This document shows positions 53,513 through 58,349 of a DNA stretch of 58,349 nucleotides, piece after piece. The stretch is from Craspedostauros australis (taxonomy: Eukaryota): positions 1 to 58,349 of the forward strand of contig JALAGF010004448.1 in the NCBI GenBank assembly GCA_030167865.1, given 5' to 3'. A program made the translations under genes and the position numbers. The stretch's first letter is position 1. Each line of letters begins with the position of its first letter. The notes under the pieces were generated by a model. That model made no database searches, was not told where the DNA came from, and saw nothing but the letters and a program-made list of their open reading frames with translations.

Positions 53513-54892
53513 TTATGCCACCAGCGATCGGATGTTCGCCAGAAGAGACGTCCGGTCCATGTCCCGATCCAGCACCACGTCGTTCCTCCTCTCCAACCAT
53601 TCGTACAGCTCATCGATCCGCATCCCATCAAACTTGTCACCATCTGCTTGACACTCCACACGGCCACTTGCACACTGGTGGATCTCCTCCATCAAGCCCA
53701 CCGCTTGGATCAGGTCGCCGGCACGGCCACGCCGGAACACTTCGCTCAAGTTCTTTCCGACCACCTTGATGCATTCTTCCTTCAATATGGAGCAGCTGTG
53801 CTCATCCGCAAACAAGAGAAGGTCAACGCACGAGTTCACGTGGAGGTGGTTCGTTGCGAGCTTGATCTCCAACAAGACCTTGAGTTTCCAACAACCGAAG
53901 GCAACGGCCACACTCAATTGATCCAGCATATCAGTTTGGCTCGTCTTATCCGCGAGGAAAGACGTGTCATCAGCGTAGACGAAGCGAAGCATGTCTCGGA
54001 AGTCCTCAGGATCGACCATCGGGAGCGCGACGCGTCTTCTGCCATCGGATGAGACAGGTGCCAGATCGATGATCGCTTGCAGCCCTGGTGCGCCCAACAG
54101 TACAAGCGCCGAATTGGCTCGGATGCGTGTTTGGTCGTGGGGTTGACCGACGACGAATGTCACATCCACCTGACGTTCGGCCCGCAGCATCTTGAGCTTC
54201 TCTCGGTTGAAAGCAAGGGTCGGAGTCCAGCGGTGGTGCTTGCGGACGAGACGGTCGAACTTCACCTGTATATGAAGGGTGCCATTCTGGATTCCACGGT
54301 TGACCATGTCCTTTGAGTTGAAACACTTTGGCCAGAGCCGCCGGCAGTCGGTGCCTGGGCGGGTTGCTCTCTCGCTGGATGTTCTGCAGTACCCAAGCTT
54401 TGGAATGGTGACTGTGTACATGACGGAGTACTCGTCACCACGACACAATTCACCGCTATCCATCTTGATGGCGATCCCAACATCAGGAGCTGTCGCCGAG
54501 CCACCTCGTCGAACTCCCCGAAAGTCCAGCTCTACCCTCCACCGAACACCGCCGCATTCGAACGAAGGGGACGTTTTAGATTCAACCCTCGTGAAATCGA
54601 TGGCGTGAAGCTGGTGGAAGTTGATGTTGACCGTGCCTCCGCCATCCCTGGCGCGGCTGTTGGGATCGCCCCAAGCAAATGGCGGTTTGCCGACATGCAC
54701 GGTCTGCACTGCCTTCGCAACTCTCGTGGGTCCCACATTCTCAGATCTCCTGGCACGCTGAGAATACACCGCGACCGCATTCGCAGAGCTCCTGGCACGT
54801 GGGGGAGACGGCGTGACCGCATTCGCAGAGCTCCTGACACGTTGGGGAGACGGTGCAGCCAGCTGCGGATCCCAGTGTTGGCGTTTTGACAT
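53513..54892 (-). CDS. MATH-BTB/POZ protein, most divergent copy G, 459 aa
   Basis: INFHQL...SPSFECGGVRW...IPKLG...RWTPTLAFNRE...DVTFVVG...FRDMLRFVYADD...FGCWKLK...CVDLLLFAD...MRIDELYEWLE. Confidence 0.9.
   Translation of the reverse strand: MSKRQHWDPQLAAPSPQRVRSSANAVTPSPPRARSSANAVAVYSQRARRSENVGPTRVAKAVQTVHVGKPPFAWGDPNSRARDGGGTVNINFHQLHAIDFTRVESKTSPSFECGGVRWRVELDFRGVRRGGSATAPDVGIAIKMDSGELCRGDEYSVMYTVTIPKLGYCRTSSERATRPGTDCRRLWPKCFNSKDMVNRGIQNGTLHIQVKFDRLVRKHHRWTPTLAFNREKLKMLRAERQVDVTFVVGQPHDQTRIRANSALVLLGAPGLQAIIDLAPVSSDGRRRVALPMVDPEDFRDMLRFVYADDTSFLADKTSQTDMLDQLSVAVAFGCWKLKVLLEIKLATNHLHVNSCVDLLLFADEHSCSILKEECIKVVGKNLSEVFRRGRAGDLIQAVGLMEEIHQCASGRVECQADGDKFDGMRIDELYEWLERRNDVVLDRDMDRTSLLANIRSLVA
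54731..54856 (-). repeat. 42-bp tandem repeat x3 (PSPQRVRSSANAVT-like) in the N-terminus of copy G
   Basis: Units begin at 54731, 54773 and 54815; the 54731 unit is degenerate. Confidence 0.85.
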
Positions 54893-56190
54893 GGCTTGGT
54901 GTCACGTTTGGAAGGTAGGTACAGCAGCACAGTTGAGAAGTAGGAGCGCGAGCGCGAATCGAGGGCTTCCTGCTGTTGTGTGGCGTTGGTAGTCTGTGGC
55001 AAAGGAGTAGTTCGAACAATCCTCGTAACCACGATCTCGCTCTGCGTTCTGTTGTTGTGCGCTGTTCCTTGCTTGATGTGAGCGTCGCAATCTATTGTAT
55101 CATCGGAAGCAGTGTTGAAATGGTATTCTATGATAGTATGATGATTGTTCTGCTGGAGAGGAGAGAGATCAGAAGTGCAGAGAGGTTCAGAGTGTCAGCA
55201 CAGTGTAGAGATGTGCGGGATTTCGATTCCATTTGAACTCCGGCGATCGGCGAATGATTGTGTCGTTCACACAGACAGGAATGTGAGGCTGCGCACTCTC
55301 GGCGGAGTGAGGGCATCGACTGTCACATCGCACTTCTCGCCATTGCCGTCTCCGTCTCGGTCCTCACCTGCGAATCAACCTTTGCTTTGGGAATGAGATG
55401 TCTCCCAAGTTTGTGTCATAATAGTATCGCCGCAATCAGGTTTCCCATCTCGCAGTGGACACAATGGTACATCCTGTGCAAGAACGGGCCATCGACATGA
55501 CACCAACTTGCCACACGCATGAAACCTCGCGAAGCGGTTGTTTCGGCACAAAGAATAATCAGATGGTGGATGTTGTTGGGTCATTGCATCCAGGGGAAGC
55601 GACTACCTCCGCCTCTGTGTCGCAATAGTCGACATGAATGTCCACATGGCAACCCCTTGTTCGCCGTTTTACGAGCGTGTCTGTTGGGTAGTATGGGGCT
55701 GGAAGGAGGCGAAGTCCCGGAAAGATGGCGCCAAGAAATTCCGCGATTCTACACAGAAGTTTAAAGTAAAGAAATCCTGGCTTCGACACGAAATTCAACC
55801 AGAACAACAACATCTGTTCCATCATCTCCTGTAGTGAAGTGGTTATCACTTGACACTCTGAATGTCACATCCTCGGTTCGAATCCGGGCAGGAGAACACT
55901 TTTGGCTGTCAGAGGCGTCGACTCGGTATTCCTTTTTTCAAACTGAACGTTGCCCATCGTCTTCCTTGGATGTGTGCAACGTACTCCACAACATCGTTCG
56001 ATGGTCTTTGGCGACTCGGTTACAACCACCTCGCTCCTCTCCTTCTTCTTTTGCTTGTCTTGTATCTTCAGATCCATTGTTACAGGGCACAATGTTCATG
56101 AGAGTTTGGTTGCCAGTTGCTTGTGGAGAGTACAAGCCGGACACCCTTTCATAACCGACTCTTGTCACGGTCAAGCATCGAATGGGATGT

Positions 56191-56228
56191 CGACCGTCCA
56201 GAACGACCGTCCAGAACGACCGTCCACA
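56191..56228. repeat. 13-bp tandem repeat x3 (CGACCGTCCAGAA), intergenic
   Basis: Read directly. Confidence 0.85.
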
Positions 56229-57192
56229 TTCGAATCCAGACTTCGCGCATATTTTTGTCATTCATCCGGTGCGCGTGTTGACGCGACATGATACCAACCA
56301 TAAATCTGGAGCCTTGCGGCAACTTTCCTGCTTGGCGACGTGCTGCCATTGCGAGATGTGTGTTGGACATTGGTGATTGTGTGTGACATGCAATTGGACC
56401 ACGATCGCTTTTGAATGTCACCGGTCATGCGAGAACACTCCAGACGGCGACATCGATTGGATACGACCCATGCTATGCACTCGAAGGCGGCTGTGCGAGG
56501 AAGAATTCCATTTTCCTTGTACTCTTCTTTGTGCAAATCTCCCACCATGATTACAAATTGTGACGACGGAGATACTCTTCGCACGATAACCGCATCACAC
56601 AAACGCGAAAGCCAGACAAGAGCGCGGAGCGTGCGAGCTTCGTGCATGGCGACATACATGGAGGTACGATCATACCGCAATCCGTTCCGCATCCCGCCAC
56701 GACATTCTCATCTTCTTCTTCGGCTTCCCTGTTGACCAGTATTGGTTCTGATGCCAATACTCCTGTCTGTGCTAATCCTCCGTCAACCAGCTTGCCTTGG
56801 GAAGCCTCTTCTTGCTGAAGTGGTGTTTCAACCCATGGTTGAGATACAGAGTAGAAGAGAGAAGTCGGCGCAGGGCGAAAAAGGCCCGAGACACGAGGTT
56901 ATGTTGACTACGATTACAAAGCTCGTCCATGTCTCACCACAGTCTCTTGGCGGGAATTCTGCCGCCTGGAGCCAACACGTGCACTCAAAGGTGATGCCAC
57001 TGAGACTGTTGGATGGAGATGATGCAGACACAAAATCGATTCACCACAACATCAAAACATAAAAATCATCAAACCTCAACTTCACTTTACATTCTTCATC
57101 ACTCATCGTCATCCTCTTCACAAAAAGCATCCTGAAACACCGTCCAACAACCTCCAGCATACTACACAAGCACGCAGACGAGCATCAACACC

Positions 57193-58349
57193 ATGACCAT
57201 CACCATGACGACAGTCTCGACAGTGCCATCATCGGCAGCATCGACTCCAACATCACCACCACCAACATCATCACCAACAGCGGCATCCGCACCAACGATG
57301 ATACCCTCCAAGCCTCGATCATCGTCACTCTTTCCACTGTACGCAAAGATCATGACGATGTCCTGCAGCCTCACCGCCATCATCGCGCTGACGGCATCGC
57401 ATCTGGAATCCTACCCGATCATCGGCCACACCAGAGCCTTCCAGTACCCGTGGAGGCTGCAGCAGCCCACCCAGTGGTCGTTCGCCACGGCCTGGACGGG
57501 ATACGCCATCCATCAGACCGCCACATGGTTGCTCATCGCCTACATGCGCCAGAACAGGCCGAAGCAGTACTCCTCCCAAATGCGCTGGTTCAATTGGGCC
57601 ATGATCGGCATCCACATGTTTGGCTTCGTCACCCACTGGCTGCAGACGCGCTACTTCTACGACGGCCTGGCGCAGGACGTGCCAGAGATCACGTCCATCG
57701 CGTCCGTCGCCATGATGCTGCAGGTCATCATCCTCATGGAATCGCCCTGGCGTGGGCTCATCTTCGGATACAAGATGTCATTCCCCCAGCGGTTCCTCAG
57801 CATCGTCAAGAACTACCATTCCTACTTCTTCTCGTGGAGTCTGATCTACACCTTCTGGTACCACCCCATGGCAGCGACTCCGGGCCACCTCTACGGATTC
57901 TGGTACATGTTCCTGCTGCTCAGCCAGTCCGTGCTCATGTTCCACCGTGCGCACTTGAACCGCGGCTGGAAGCTCTTCCTCGAGATGTGCGTAATCCCGC
58001 ACGGTGTCGTCACCGCATATGGTAACGGAACCAACAAGTGGCAGATGTTCGGATTTGGCTTCTCGGGCATCTTCTTCCTCACCCAGATCTACGGCCTGGG
58101 TCTTTCCGACAGGGCCACCCGGCTGTCCACGACAGCCTTCGCTATCACCGTCGTCGGCACCTACCAGTACATGGACCGCATGAAGAAGATGCACGAGATC
58201 GTTCGCATCCCGCTGGCGAACTACATGATGATCTTCTTCCTCTACCTGATCTACCTCATCTGCACCCCCTTCATGCCAAAGGAGGACCGATCGCAAGCCT
58301 TGAAATCAGCCGAGAAGGCAGCACCGACCAAGGCCGCAAGCTCGAACAA
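57193..58349 (+). CDS. Multi-pass membrane protein of unknown function, 3' end beyond the window
   Basis: Open frame from ATG 57193 to the window end (missing from the ORF track because it has no stop), with strong C/G third-position bias. Motifs FQYPWRL..PT...AWTGYAIHQ, HWLQTRYFYDGLAQDVPE, YHSYFFSWSLIYTFWYHPM..TPGHLYGFWYMFLLLSQS, HLNRGW...E...PHG, WQMFGFGF. Confidence 0.88.
   Translation, partial: MTITMTTVSTVPSSAASTPTSPPPTSSPTAASAPTMIPSKPRSSSLFPLYAKIMTMSCSLTAIIALTASHLESYPIIGHTRAFQYPWRLQQPTQWSFATAWTGYAIHQTATWLLIAYMRQNRPKQYSSQMRWFNWAMIGIHMFGFVTHWLQTRYFYDGLAQDVPEITSIASVAMMLQVIILMESPWRGLIFGYKMSFPQRFLSIVKNYHSYFFSWSLIYTFWYHPMAATPGHLYGFWYMFLLLSQSVLMFHRAHLNRGWKLFLEMCVIPHGVVTAYGNGTNKWQMFGFGFSGIFFLTQIYGLGLSDRATRLSTTAFAITVVGTYQYMDRMKKMHEIVRIPLANYMMIFFLYLIYLICTPFMPKEDRSQALKSAEKAAPTKAASSN

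Larger units (their letters stand above)
48211..54892 (-). repeat. Inverted arm of the MATH-BTB array (three units on the minus strand)
   Basis: 49501-50868 and 52144-about 52600 are reverse-complement homologs of the spacers in 31299-41721. Confidence 0.9.

Noticed and set aside
32319-54892. Diversity-generating retroelement as the source of variation
   Set aside because: No reverse transcriptase or template repeat in the window, and differences are not confined to adenines.
54900-57190. Possible gene or decayed element in the 2.3-kb gap
   Set aside because: Only short ORFs without motifs; no element termini recognised.
4365-58349. Numerous 60-430 aa ORFs overlapping the called genes on other frames or strands
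   Set aside because: Shadow ORFs expected in GC-rich, codon-biased coding DNA.

Overview
Eukaryotic nuclear DNA, most likely from a diatom: GT-AG introns, a bipartite plastid-targeting presequence, a diatom-type cyclase-phosphodiesterase fusion and CA-rich 5' leaders. I did no database searches, so family calls rest on motifs I recognised by eye. In order, the window holds: a probable LTR of a Ty1/copia-type element running off the left edge; a secreted protein resembling a neutral zinc metallopeptidase but lacking HExxH; an LRR protein; a PWWP-like protein; a RecQ helicase; a type II membrane protein with a very long acidic tail, a CBM96/DNRLRE-like domain and a mucin-like stalk; a 5-exon cyclase-PDE; a type I membrane protein; a plastid DoxX-like protein; and ITPK1. 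Next comes the most striking feature, seven MATH-BTB (SPOP-like, Cullin-3 adaptor) genes in two inward-pointing tandem arms (4 on +, 3 on -). The arms bracket a block of three genes: a Ddi1-type aspartyl protease, a hypothetical protein and a CCA-adding enzyme. The MATH-BTB copies are patchwork mosaics of each other, vary most in the predicted substrate-binding strand, and share short conserved palindromes in their spacers. A truncated multi-pass membrane protein gene ends the window. No rRNA, tRNA or CRISPR array was recognised.
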